Both the position numbers and the translations under genes were made by a program. Below, piece after piece: positions 43,539 to 57,039 of a stretch of DNA of 64,000 nucleotides; positions within the stretch are counted from its first letter, which is position 1, and each line of letters starts with the position of its first letter. The notes under the pieces were generated by a model. The model made no database searches and was not told where the DNA came from. It saw only the letters and a program-made list of their open reading frames with translations. The stretch lies in the NCBI RefSeq assembly GCF_009914755.1, contig NC_060928.1, one strand, 5' to 3'. Origin of the DNA: the human T2T-CHM13v2.0 reference genome, Homo sapiens.

Positions 43539-46500
43539 CTCATATAATGGCTGAATAGATTAAAAAACAAGACCCATCTATATGCTGCCTAGAAGAGACA
43601 CATCTCAGTTTAAGCATCCACATAGGTTGAATGTAAAGAAATAGAAAAATGTAATTCATAAAAATGGAAACCAAAAAAGAGAATGGATAGCTATACTTAG
43701 ATCAGTCAAAATAGTCTTTCAATTAAGAAACTATAATAAGACACAAATCAGGTCATTATCTAATAATAAAGGGGTCAATTCAACAAGAGGATAAAACAAT
43801 TATATATTCATCCAGCATTGGAGCACCAAATTAATTTAGAAAATTAACAGATATGAAGTGAGAAATAGTAATACAATAACTATAGAGAACTTCAATATCC
43901 AAATTTTAATAATAGGTAGATCATCTAGACAAAAATCAATGAGAAAACATTAGACTTGAACTATGCTTTAGACTAAATGGATCTAACATATATACATAAC
44001 ATTCCATCTGACAGCATAAGAATATACATTCTTGTCAAGTGCACATGGAAGATTCTCCAGAGTAGATCATATATTAGACCACCAAATAAGTCTCACCATA
44101 TTTTAGAATATTCAAGTTATATCAAAATGATATCTAACTACAATGGTATGAAACTAGAATCTAGTAACAGGAGAAAAACTGAGAAATTTACAAATATGTG
44201 GAAATTAAATGACATACACCTGTTAACCAATGGGCAAAGAAGTGATCAAAGGAGGAAATTTCTTAAACATTTTGAAACCAATGTGAATGAAAACACAACC
44301 TAACAAAAAACTATGAAATGCAGCTAAAATACTGCTGAGAGTAAAATTTATAGTGATAAAAACATACATGAAAAAAAAATTAACTTTAAGCCTCAAAGAA
44401 ATTAAAACAAAACAAAAACTCAGCTTAAAGTTAGCAAAGGAAAGAAATAAAAAGATTATAGCGAAATAAATGGAGTAGAAAACAAGGTAAAAGATTAATA
44501 AAACTAAGATTTTTAAGATAAAAGTTAACAAAGCTTTAGCTAGACTAGTGAAAGAGAAAGAGAGAGAAGAGAAAGGACTCAAAATCAGAAATGAAAAATG
44601 AAACATTGCAACTTATGCCACAGAAATAAGAAAAATCATAAAGGACTATGCACAATTATATGCCAAAAAATTAATGTGCAAAAAGAAACAGATAAATTTC
44701 TAGAAACATTCAAGCTACAAAGATTGAATCATGGAGAAACAATAAAATCTGAACAGACAAATAATGAACAAGGAGATTGAATCAACAACTGAAAATCTCT
44801 CACCAAAAAAGGTTCAGCATCACAAGACTTCACTGGTGAATTTTGTCAGACATTTAAAAAGAATTAATACCAATCCTTTACAAACTCTTTGAATACATCA
44901 AAGAGAAGGGAACATTTTCATCTCATTTCATTAGGTTATCATTACCCTGATGCCAAAGTCAAATAGGAAAAATACAAGAAAAGAAAATTATATATCAATA
45001 TCCCTGGTGCAAATAGATGCAAAAATCCTCAACAAAATACTAGCAAACAAAATTCAAGAGTACACTAAAAGTACACCATGATCAAGTGGAATTTATCCCT
45101 GGGATGTAAGTATAGTTCAAACTACATAAATCAATAAGTGTCAGACCACTATAAAAATGAAGAATAAAAATCATACAATAACCTGTACATGCAGATGAAA
45201 AAGGATGTGATAGAGTTCAACATCTTTTTTTGATAAAAACTTTCATCAAATAAGATATAGAGGGAAGGTACCTTAACATTCTAAAGACCATGTAAGACAA
45301 GCCTAAAGCACATCATAATGAATGGTGAAAATATGAAAGCTCTTCCTCTAAGATCAGGATTAGAAACAAGTAAAAGATGGCCACTCTTGCTACTTCTAGT
45401 AAACATTGTACTGAAAGTCCTAGCCAGACCAAACAGGCAAGAAAAAATAGGAATCCAAATAGGAAAGGAAGAAGTAAAATTATCTGTGTTGGAGATAGCA
45501 TGATATTGTGTAGAAAACCCTAAAGACTCCACCCCAACCCCCCAAAAATGTTTAAATAAATAAATTCAGGCAAGGCATGGAGGTTCACACTTATAATCTC
45601 AGTATTTTGGGAGGCTGAAGTGGGAGAATTTCATGAGCCCAGGAGTTTGAGACCAGCCTGGGCAACAGAATGAGACCCTACCTATACAAAAAATTTAAAA
45701 ATTAGCAGGGCATGGTGACACATACCTGTAGTCCTCACTACTAAGGAAGCTGAGGTGGGAGGATCCTTTAAGCCTAGAAGTTCTAGGCTCCCATAAGCTC
45801 TGATTACGCTACTGTACTCCAGCCTGGGCAACAGAGTGAGACCTTTTCTCTAAAACAAACAAATAAATAAATAGATTCAGCAAAGCTGCAGGACATAAAA
45901 ATCAACATACAACAACCAGTTGTGCTTCTATGTAACGATAACGATGTGAAAAAGAAATTAAGAAAATAATACCATTAAAATAACATCAAAAAATAGACTA
46001 CTTAGGTTTAAATTTAATCAGGAAAGTGAAAGATCTGTACATTCAAAGGATTAAGAAATCGAAGAAGACACCAATAAATGGGAAGATATCTTGTGTTTAT
46101 GGTTTGGAAGTGTTAATATTGTTAAAAAGTCCATACCACCCAAAGAAATCTAAAGATCAGTGCAATCCCTATCAATATTCCAATGGCATTTTCCAAAAAA
46201 AATTTTAAAAATTATAAAATTTGTATGAAACTATGAAAGATACTCAATAGCTTAATTTGGAACAGAAAGTACAAAATTGGAAGAAATAAAAATCGTATTT
46301 CAAAGCTATACTAATTAGAAAAAGTATAATTCTGGCATAAAAACAGACACATAGACTAATGGAAAAAAAATAGAGCTCAGAAATAAACCCATGCGTATAT
46401 GGTCAACAAATTTCTAGGAAAGGCACAAATAATACACAATAGGGAAAGTGTGGTCTTGTCACTAACTGATATTTGAAAAACTGTATATCCACATGTAAAA

Positions 46501-46764
46501 GAATGAAATTGGACACTTTATCATACTAACTCAAAATGCATTGAAGAGTTAACATCAGATCTGAAATTCTAAAACTGCTTGAAAGAAACAGAGGAAATCG
46601 CCTTGACATTGGTCTTGGCAATGACTCTTTGGATTGGACACCAGAAGTACAGAGAAGACAGGCAAAAATAATCAAGTGGAACACATGAAACTACAACGTT
46701 CTGCACAGCAAAAGAAACCATCAAAAAAATGAGAGGAAACTTACGGTATAGGAGAAAATGCCCG
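43539..46764 (+). mobile_element. Host L1MA ORF2 (degenerate)
   Basis: 'tggctgaatagattaaaaaacaagacccatctatatgctgcct' endonuclease start; RT-region '[34 protein letters not shown]' (ORF 45318-45503). Confidence 0.88.
45569..45866 (+). mobile_element. AluJ within L1 ORF2
   Basis: 'gagcccaggagtttgagaccagcctgggcaac'; flanking ata(a/g)attcag repeat. Confidence 0.92.
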
Positions 46765-47140
46765 TGATATGGTTAGGCCTTGTTTCCCCACCCAAATATC
46801 ATCTTGAATTATAATTCCCATAATCCTCACAAGTCAAGGGAGAGACCAGGTGGAGGTAACTGGATCATGGAAGTGGTTTCCCGCATGCTGTTCTCATGAT
46901 AGAGAGTGACCTCTCATGAGATCTGATGGTTTTATAAGTGTTTGGTAGTTTCTTCTGCATTCATACTCCTTCCTGTTGCCTTGGGAAGGAGGTGCCTTGC
47001 TTCCCCTTTGCCTTCCATCACTGTAAGTTTTCTGAGGCTCCCCCAGCCATGCTGAACTGTGAGTCAATTAAACTGCTTCCCTTTATAAATTACCCAGTCT
47101 CCGTTATTTCTTCATAGCAGCATAAGAATGGACTAACACA
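46765..47140 (+). mobile_element. THE1D-like 5' LTR
   Basis: 'tgatatggttaggcc...cccacccaaatatcatcttgaatt'...'aatggactaacaca'. Confidence 0.9.
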
Positions 47141-48327
47141 GTGAATTGGTACCAGGAGTGGGGCACTGCTATAAAGATAAGCAAAAATGTGGAAGCAACA
47201 TTGGAACTGGGTAGCAGGCAGAATTTGGAACAGTTTGGAGGGCTCAGAAGAAGACAGGAAGATGTGGGAAGGTTTGGAACTTCCTAGAGACTTGTTGAAT
47301 GGCTTTGACCAACATGCTGATAGTGATATTGACAATGAAGTCCAGGCTGAGGTGGTCTCAGATTGAGATGAGGAACTTATTTGAAACTGGAGCAAAGGTC
47401 ATTCTTGCTGTGTTTTAGCAAAGTGACTGGTGGCATTTTGCCTTGCTCTAGAGATTTGTGGAACTTTGAACCTGAGAGAGATAATTTAGGGTACCTGGTG
47501 GAAGAAATTTCTAAGTAGCAAAGCATTCAAGAGGTGGCTTGGATGCTTTTAAGAGCATTCAGTTTTATTTATTCACAAAGGTATGGTTTGGGATTGGAAC
47601 TTAGGTTTAAAAGGGAAGCAGAGCATAAAACTTCAGAAAATGTGTAGCCTGATGATGCAATAGAAAAGAAAATTCCATTTTCCGAAGAGAGATTCAAGTC
47701 AGCTGCAGAAATTTGCATAAGTAATGAAGAACCAATTGTAAATCACCAAGACAATTGGGAAAATGTCTCCAGGGCATGTCAGAGCTCTTCACAACAGCCC
47801 CTACCCATCACAGACCTGAAGGCCTAGGAGGAAAAAGGTTTCATGGGCTGGGCCCAGGGTTTCCTACTCTATGCAGTCTCAGGACTTGGTGCCCTGTGGC
47901 CCAACCATGGATAAAAGGGGCCAACTTACAGCTTAGGACATAGCTTCAGAAGGTGCAGGCCCCAAGCCTTGGTGACTTACACATGGTGTTGGGCATGCAG
48001 ATGCACATAAGTCAAGAATTGAGGTTTGGGAACCTCTACTTAGATTTCAGAGGATATATGGATATGCCTGGATGTCCAGGCAGAGATGTGCTGCAGGGGT
48101 GGAGCCCTCATGGAGAACTTCTGCTAGGGCAGTACAGAAGAAAAATGTAGGATTGGAGCCCCCACTCAGACTCCCCACTGGGGCACTGCTCAGCGAAGCT
48201 TTGAGAAGAGTGTCACTGTCCTCAAAACCCCAGAATGGTAAATCTACTGACAGCTTGTACCGTGCACCTGGAAAAGCCACAGGCACTCAATGCCAGCTCA
48301 TGAAAGCAGCCAAGAGGAGGGCTGTAC
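47141..48327 (+). mobile_element. THE1-int, 3'-truncated
   Basis: 'aattggtaccaggagtggggcactgct...ggaacagtttggagggctcagaagaagacagg'. Confidence 0.9.
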
Positions 48328-48560
48328 TTGAAATCTGCTAACAGAGTAAGTCTCAGTTGTTCTCAGCATACCTACACACACCTATGTATCCAGTCACACA
48401 CACACACACATACAAGGTAACTAGGTGGGATAATGGGTGTGTTAGCTTGATTGTAGTAATAATTTCACAATGTATAAGTATATCAAAACTTCAGATAATA
48501 TGCCTGAAATAGATAGAATTTTAATTGTCAAATATACCTCACTAAAACTCAATAAAAAGA
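48323..48560 (+). mobile_element. Host L1MA (MA7-9-like) 3' terminus
   Basis: 'tacttgaaatctgctaacagagta...gcttgattgtagtaataatttcacaatgtat...tatacctc'. Confidence 0.78.
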
Positions 48561-48697
48561 GTTCATTGTAGTTTAAAACTTTTGGAATTAGAATATTCTA
48601 TCCTTAAAAATTAATTTTATGGAATCATTATAAACAAAATAAAGGTAAACATAAAATATGAAAAATACCACAAAACTCCAATGTCTGAATTAGTTAG

Positions 48698-49100
48698 TGT
48701 GTCAGTCAAGCTTGAGTCAGGAAGACAGAAGGCATCCTGTGTATTCAGGTAGAGTCATTTTATGCACAATAATGGACTTAAATATCTGTTGGAAGAGCTG
48801 TTATGGCAGAGACAGGGAAGCTGCTATTGAAAATCGGAGGATCTCCTGCAAGTCAGAGGAGTCAACACTAACAGTCTCAACCTGAAGCACCAAAGTGAAT
48901 AATTCTTAAACTGGAAGCTGCTGCAATTCTTAAGAAAATTAGAGTTCCCCACCAAATACCTCAGCTCATTGTGGAGAAGCAAGTAATTCCTAAGAATTGT
49001 CAGGAATTTTTCATGTTCCTACATGTCAGGCCACAACTGCCTCAAGAGAATAATCCATATTTTATTTTCTCAGATAATTCTTTTCTTTCTGATGTCTCCT
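48698..49100. mobile_element. Possible ancient LTR fragment
   Basis: Starts 'tgtgtcagtcaagcttgagtcaggaagacagaagg', reminiscent of old ERVL-class LTR ends; family not identified. Confidence 0.3.
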
Positions 49101-50959
49101 TTTTCATCCCATTTTGTGTGATATTTACACTGACATATAAAGTACATCCACAAAACCAGCAATGGGCAGATCCTTTTTGTTTTATGAGAAAAAAAGTTTC
49201 TTATAATTCATGATAATTTTACTGTACTATATCAATAATTTTTATATTTACAGGTGGAAGCAGATTGAGCTAGTTGTTCTAGAGAAAATTTTTCTAAGAA
49301 AAGAATTGCTCTTCATTTAAGAATAACTCAACTCAATGAAGTGTCTGTTTTATTATGTAAGGTGTTCTTCTTTAGTAGAGGCTTAGACAAAACTCTACTA
49401 ATTAGATCTTACAATATGATAAAGTTTCAATAATTCTGACGTTAGCCTCTTGTAGGTCTTGAAGCATATTGACACCCAAAAAGAGGAGAGATGTAAAATG
49501 AATGTAGAAGATAAAGTATGGTGAGGGATAGGGTTGAGAAGAAACATGGCTAGTGGAATGAGGGGTACATTTCTAGGAATAGTACATCCTGACTCGTGGT
49601 TTTCAGTAGCATTTCTCGTAGTGTCATAATCAATTTACAAAACTGTCTTGCCTCATTTCCATTTACCCAAGTAACCAGTAAAATGTTTTATACTTAAAGT
49701 CCTTGTGGTAGGTGTGCTTTTAGTGAGTGAAAAGGGAAAGAGATGTTTCATAAATTTGGGATAAGTGAGTTGAGAGATCAGGAGCTGCAAAAGGCAATAC
49801 CAAAGCAGGTGTGGAAGATTCATTGTGAATTCAAATTGAGAATGAAAATAGCCTTGACAATGTAAATTGCCCCTGAAGTTTCCTTGGAGGATGCTATAAT
49901 TTCTGCTTTTGAATGGCATGTTAGCTTGAGTGATTTGATTTTTTTTTTTAAAGAAAAGGCTATACCAGAAAATGGAGGACAGATTACACATATTTGGACA
50001 TTCAACCGCACTTACTAGGCCTGCTGAATTATTTGTAAAGTTAAATCACAAGGCATAACATAAGAAACGCGAACATTTTGCAATCTCCAAATAGCTGAAT
50101 ACATCCTACTATTGGGTTGCAAGCATATTAGAAGTAGGTAAAATAAGTGTGGAAGATTTTTAAAATTGAAAAATGGGAAATGAGAACTGTCACTGGGAAG
50201 AAGTGCCTGGCATTATAGCAAGGGGTATGAAATCAAAGAAACATGGGCAGGAGGATGATATTTATAAACTAAAGCCCTTGCTAACTATTTTTAAGAATAT
50301 TTTTAGTTATTTCAATTTTCACTTCTAATTCTGTCTCCTACAACTGAGGTTGCCTTTGCCTAAAATAGCAAGCAAGTTCTAAACTGTAAACCAGGAGATA
50401 ATATTTGCAGATCTAAACAAGGTGTAGTCACCTTGTCTTTCTACAGCTTAAAGGCAACTGTTCTAAGTTGTCCTATGAGTCTCCCTGCAAAACAACCTTC
50501 AAGCCAGATAATCAAAGACACTCATAATTCAACTACTGCATAGAATTTAAGATAATTCCAGAGTTTTACATTATCTTAGTAAAGAAGAGACTAAAGGGGA
50601 AAATTCTCATATTTTGATTAGTGACTCAAGGAAAGATTGTATATATTAGTTTAAAATATTCCATTTATTTTTACCTTGCTATATTCATTATCTAAAACTG
50701 TTCAAATATTTAAGATCTGTATTTGGAATTAGATATCAGGCACTTACACCAGCAACCTTAATATTAATATTTACCTTTGTTTAAGACTATATTTATATAT
50801 AACAACAGTTATAGAGGTTAAAGAGACTTTTCTTGTCCTTGATGACTTATGTAACCAAGCTCAGAGAGCATTAAACAGATCTTTAAGTATCAAAGAGATC
50901 TACTGTTATATGTTAAATGATTCTGTTATCTATTGTAATGGGCCCCCAATACAGTATTA

Positions 50960-52720
50960 CTTTAAGTCCAGAAAATAAGGTGGATAAAAATAAATGGTCT
51001 GACAGATAGATACATAGAATGGAATAGAAGACCTCCAAAATAGACCCACATAAATATGACCAATTGATTTTTGACAATGATGTAAAAATTATTGACATAA
51101 TTTGTATATTTGTCCCCACCCAAATCTCATGTTGAATTGTAATCCCCAAGACTGGAGGTGGGGTCTGCTGGGAGGTGTTTGGATCCAGGGGGCAGATCCC
51201 TCGTGGCTTGGTGCTATCTTTGTGATAGTGAGTTCTCATGAGCTCTGGTTGATTAGAAGTGTGTGACACCTTCCCCACCCCTAACCCCCTTCTCTCTCTA
51301 ACTTGCTCCTGTTTTTACCATGTGATGTGCCTGCTCCCCCTTCACCTCCACCATGATTGTAAGCTTTCTGAGGCCTCTCTAGAAGTAGAGCAGATGCCCA
51401 CAACATGTTTTCTGTAAAGCCTGCAGAACTGTGAGCCAATTAACCTCTTTTTATTTTTAATATTACTCAATCTCAGGTATTTCGTTATAGAAATGCAAGA
51501 ATGGCCTAATACAATTACTGAATGGTGAAGGAAAGGAAGGGAGGAAGAAAAGAGAGAAAGAAAAAGAGACAGAAAAGAAACTAAACCTTTACCTCTCTAC
51601 ATGAACTCAAGATGGGTCACGATGTACATGTAAAATGTACAATTATAAGACCCTTGGAAGAAAACATGAGAATAATCTTGTGACCTTGAGTTAGGCAGAG
51701 TTCTTAGATATGACACCAACAGCACAATCTTAAAAAAGAAAGGTTTTTGTCCTTTATCAAAATTCCAATCTTTTTGCTCCACTAAAGGTATTTCTAAGAA
51801 AATAAAAAGACAAGCTACAAACTAGGAGAAAATATTGCAATCACATATCTAAAAAAAGACTTGTATATAGAATATTTTTTAAAAACTTTCAAATTTCAAA
51901 AATAAGTAAACTAATCACCCAATAAAAATTTGAAGAAACTATTTGAATAAACCCCTCACTAAAGAAAATATTGGTATGACTAATAAGCACATGTAAAGAT
52001 ATTCAACATCAAATTAAAATAAAAATTAAAACAACATTGAGATACCCCTATACAACTACTGGAATGGCTAATTTTATGCAAAAACACACACACACACAAA
52101 CAACAGCCATTACTAGAACAGCAAAAATCCTCAGCCACTCTGCAAACAGATGCATATGTCCTATAAAGTTAAATAATATACACTTACTAGATAGCCTGGC
52201 ATATAGTATTTACCCTAGAAAAAAGCAAACTATTTTTGCCCAAAAACCTGTACACAATTGTTTATAACTAGTTTATTCTTTACCCTCCAATCCACATATT
52301 CTTCAACCAGTAAAAGGAAAAGCAAATAGTGGTATATCCATACAATGATACACCATTACATAATAAAAAAGGAGCAAGCACTTGATGCTTACAATACATG
52401 GGTGAATCTCAAAGGCATGTTGCCAAATAAAAGAAGCCAGTAAAAAAGTTACATACTTTATGATTTCACTTATAAGGCATTCTCTTAAAAGCAAATATAT
52501 GATGATAGAAGGAAATCAGTGGTTGCCAGGGGTTAGAGGTTAGGTTTGTGGTTCATGACAAAGGAACAGCAGAAGAGAATTTTGGGGGTGACAATTATTT
52601 TGTATCTTGATTGTGGCAGTGGTTACATAAATCTATATGGATGTTAGAATAATTAGAATAGTATACCCAAAATTTAAAAAGTTAACTTTATTGTATGCTA
52701 GCTTAAAATTATATTTTAAA
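50960..52720 (+). mobile_element. L1MD/ME-type ORF2 end plus 3'UTR
   Basis: 'atagacccacataaatatgaccaattgatttttgacaa', 'gaatctcaaaggcatg', 'cagtggttgccaggggttag'. Confidence 0.82.
51093..51513 (+). mobile_element. MSTB solo LTR inside the L1
   Basis: 'ccaaatctcatgttgaattgtaatcccc...gggcagatccctc...gagcagatgcc...ggcctaataca'; TSD attat/attac. Confidence 0.9.
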
Positions 52721-52864
52721 AAGATAAAAATTCTATTGCAACTGTAAAACTAATTTTCCAAAATGATTGGAGAAACCCTTGTGTAAATTTATAGCTGTTG
52801 AACACATTCAGCTCCTAAATCAAGGTTAAATGTCTCTCCTTAAAGCTACATTACCTGTGTTCTT

Positions 52865-52950
52865 CTTTCTCTCTCTCTCTCTCTCTCCCTCCCCCACCGC
52901 CCCCGTGTTTGTGTGTGTGTGTGTCTTTCTGTCTGTCTGTGTGTGTTGTG
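52865..52950. repeat. Compound (CT)n/(GT)n low-complexity repeat
   Basis: Direct observation. Confidence 0.85.
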
Positions 52951-53769
52951 TTGCACTCATTAGGAATATTTGCCTGGACCTCAAATTTGAGGAACTTTGA
53001 AATTATAGTTGCTTTCCAGTAGCTTCTAGTTCAAGAGAGCCTCCAGAATCTTCATTACAACCCTTGATATACATTAACATCCACCCCTTCTGAAGCTAAG
53101 TGTATGGATTTAAGAGTGAGAGGGTCTCAGAATCTGAAAGCCATATTTTGTTTTTTAGAAGAATTGGAAATATGCGGCTACATATTCTGTTATACTCACT
53201 CTAGTTCCTGGTCTTTATTTAATCTGCCCTTCCCAGCTATTTCTGCTTCTCGAAATCCTTCCCATTCATCAGAGACAATCTCAAATTCTACATTGCCCAG
53301 TAATAATCCATCTTCCCCAACTCTAAGCTATATATATCTAATTTATCTCTACTGTATACTTTAAATGTTTGCATGCAGCTCCCCAGTGACTATATCTATT
53401 TGTTTTTACTACCAGATTGCAGTTGCCCTGATATTACTAAGAACTATGTATGTATAAATTTCACATTGCATGGCATACATAAAACCTTCATTAATTTACT
53501 AACCTTATTTTCCCTTTGTGCCAATGCACTAAGAACTAGAGTTACAAAGAAGAATATTGCAAAGCATATGTGTGAAATTTCAACAAGGGCTTATTTAAGA
53601 ATATGTGAGCCTATTTGAATTTGAGCACACCCAATGCCACTACCTATTCTTTACTTGTGTCTAGAATAGAATCAAAGACTGCCAGACACTAAGGAAGAAT
53701 AAATATCTAACTTGCTTCCTAGAGCTAAGAAGTAAGCTATATAAAAACGGATAATTTGTCAAGCACACT

Positions 53770-55400
53770 CCCACCTTTCTGGGAAAGAGCATTCCAAGCC
53801 GAATGAACAGAAAGTGCATAAGCTGAGTTAGGATGGTAGCTGGCACATTCTAGAAGAAGGAAGAGGCCGATGTAACTGAAGCAGATGGAACACATGGAGG
53901 GAGTTGTAAGACATGGTGTAACAGAGCTAATAGGGACCAGAACATGCAATGCCTCCTGTGCTATTGTAAATATGCTTGCTTTTATTACGAGTGAGATGGG
54001 GATTCACTAGAGGATTTGAGAAGAAGAGTTATAGAATTACTCTACCTTTGGGTAAAAAACGACCATAGTTGGGCAAGGATATAGCAGAGAAACAAATTAG
54101 GAGACTATGGACAGAATCCAGGTGAGATTACACAGTGTCTTGAACAAGAGTGTAATGTCATTGGTTTTGAAAAGTGGCTTTATAGCTTGTATATTTTAAG
54201 AAGGTATTAGCTTTGGTAAAGTGCATAGGAGAGAGAAACCATATAGGAATGATTTGGCCTTAGCAACTGAAAAGTTTGTGTTGCCATTATATGAGATAAA
54301 GAAGATTTTGGGGAATCAGTTCTAGTGGGTAATAGGGGGAAATCAGATTATAATTTTTGGAAACACTGGGTTTGAGATACATATTAATCACCTATGTGAA
54401 GGTGTCTAGTAGGTAATTGTGTTTATAAGTCTGAGGTTCCAGAAAAAGGCTTGAACTGAGGATATAAATTTGGAAGTTGTCAGACTGAAGATAATATTAA
54501 TAATCTTGGGTTTGGAAGAGATCACTGAGTGTGTTAGTGTAGATAGACCAGACGTCTGAGATTTGTCACCCAAAGCTTTTTATTGCTTTGAGATCACAAT
54601 AGGTAAACAAATAAACAAAGGAGAATGAAAAGAAGCTGCAAGTGACATTGAAAAAAAATAAAGTAAGGGAAATGTCCTGGAAACTAAGTAAGTGGATGAG
54701 TTTCAAGAAGAGTTGATTCACTGTATCAAATATAGCTGATAGGTATAGTACGACACAGGCCTATAATTGAAACCAGTAGTTTTAGTGGAACTACGGGTTG
54801 AAAGCTTGATCATATAGGGTTTAAGAGAGACTGACAGAAGATGATTTGGATACCTAATATTGAAATAGCTTTTCTGAAAAGATTTTCTATAAAAGAGAAT
54901 AAAGCTGGAAGGGGCTATAGGATCAAAGATAATTTTTGGTTGGTTTGAAACTGAGAATTATTATAGCATGTTCACAAGTTAATAATCATGATCCAATAAA
55001 GAGTATAAGGTAATGATTTAACAATGCTGGAACAACCATCTCCTTGAGCAGGTGAGAGAAGACAAGTTCTAATGCATCCCAGTGGGATTGGCCTTAGACA
55101 GAAGCCTGAGCAGTATGTTCATCTTAACTGGAATTAAGAAAAAATTGGCAAAGGCAAAAGCAGTTTTCTTGTAGGTATTTTGGTCAGAGCATATGGATTT
55201 ACCTTCTGATTCTCTCCGTTTTGTTGGTAAAATGGGATCCTAGGCCATCACCTGAGAATGAAGGTGAAAGAGGAAGTGTTGGAAGTTCAAGGAGACAGAA
55301 GTTGTGAAATAGTTATCTGGGGGAAGAAGAAGGAAAATAAATTTGTACTAGAATGTATGGGCATCCAATAGGCTATATGAAGTTAGAATTCGAGCATTTA
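53770..55400 (-). mobile_element. Long L2 (L2a-like) fragment
   Basis: 'gggaaagagcattccaagccgaatgaacag...tttgagatacatatta...gaggatataaatttggaagttgtcag'. Confidence 0.7.
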
Positions 55401-56834
55401 AAGCCAGACTTCTTTGCAGAGTTTTATGCTTTCTTCTACCCAAATTTAGTTGCTCTGGTTCAGGTGTGGCAGAGGCAAAGAGTTGAGTTTTCCCAGATAA
55501 GTACGACACAGTGAGATGAGGGCAAGGGAATTGATGGGATATACAACTGTCATTAAAATCATGCATCTTACTTGAGGGAAAGTCAGTAGACCTTCTATTG
55601 CATTTCCTTCTAATTTGGTGTTGATCTGTAGTACAAACCTTCCAAGAGAAAAGGAACTGTCAGTGCTAGTATTGTGGATGAATGTGCATCAGAATTTACC
55701 TATATCTATAGCTGATAGCCTAACTGGAGTAATAATTACATTGATGCCCGTGGTTTTCATCTCTCAAAGTGTATCATTAAATGATACCCTATGAAGATTA
55801 GACAGGTTCAAAGCAGATGAGAGATTTGAACTCAGAGAGGAGAAGTGTCTTTCTTTCCTAAGGCCCCAGACAGTGGCTGAGCTGAACGCAGACCAACTGC
55901 ATCCTTTTACATGAGCCTTGCTCTGTCTACTACAGTGTATCAGCCTTGGGCCATAATTTAATTACATGTGTTAGTGTTAGTTCTGGTTTGGGACAACTGT
56001 TATCTGACTTGCAATTTCCTTTGCATCTATTAGTGAAAAGGTCAAAAGTTTTAACTATAACCAAAACTCTTTTCTAATAAATGGCAGGCCTTCCTTTTTA
56101 ACTTTCTTCAGTCTCAAGGCTGTAGGATACAAAACTGCAAAAGCCTCTGTTTATGCAACACAGATTACGTATGGCATTAGAGGACTGAGAAGGTTTTGGA
56201 AACTAAATCTGAAAGGCAAATATAGGGTAATTAAATAAATTATTTTAGGGTCAGTGTTTATTTTGTCATAAAATGTGGATCACTCAAGGAAATAAAAATT
56301 AAGAAAATATCTTTTGTCAAAACACTAAGTGGAAATTTAATTTTAAAAGGAAAAAATGTCTCTGTTTTTGACCATGGGGCCTAAGCTCTGGGGAATTACC
56401 TTGCTGTCTATGTGATGTGTTTCTTATACATGCACTACCTAATTTTGCAAGAACACAAAGGAAAGCATTTTTCTGTAGTTTCTTTATCTTAAACCACTTA
56501 GAAATAAGTTACTTTTATTGGGAACTTACTGTAGCTCAGTTATTAAAATGTAGAGAATATGCTATTTAGTAGTATGTTGACATTAGTTTGCTATACTGGT
56601 GTCTGAACCTTTTCATTCATCTTCATATGACATTTTCAGAGAGAGGTGCAAATGATGGTGTTTTAAATATGTTGCCTTCCAACTCTATACCTGCAATGCA
56701 ATTGTATGAATCATAAGCATCTGAAATGCAATGCACTACAATGCACATCTGACTTGTTCTCCTATGAAACAGTAACCTCTGTGGATATTCTTGTCATGTA
56801 CTAGGGGACCCAAGCAAGAACTATGGAATTTATC

Positions 56835-57030
56835 CCAGGCCCCATACCTCAATGGGTAAGAATTTAGGCTCTAGAGCCAGGCAGATACATATTCAAATCT
56901 TGACTCTGAATCTTATTAAGGCTTCTCTAACATGTCCTTTAGCTTCTCCAAACACCATTTTTTCTCATCTTTAAAAGTGGGAAAATAATAGTGTCTAATC
57001 CATAGGATTATTTTGAGGATTTAAGTAAGA
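56835..57030 (+). mobile_element. MIR
   Basis: 'ggctctagagccaggcag...ttcaaatcttgactctg...tctcatctttaaaagtggg...cataggattattttgaggatt'. Confidence 0.7.
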
Positions 57031-57039
57031 TAATTTGGT

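Noticed and set aside
46850-46870. DUX4 motif in the THE1 LTRs (also ~13720)
   Set aside because: Both sites deviate from TAAYYBAATCA (taactggatca; taattgaattg)
49240-49365. Plus-strand exon candidate after 'ttttatatttacag'
   Set aside because: Weak donor context (tat|gtaagg) and nothing else supporting it
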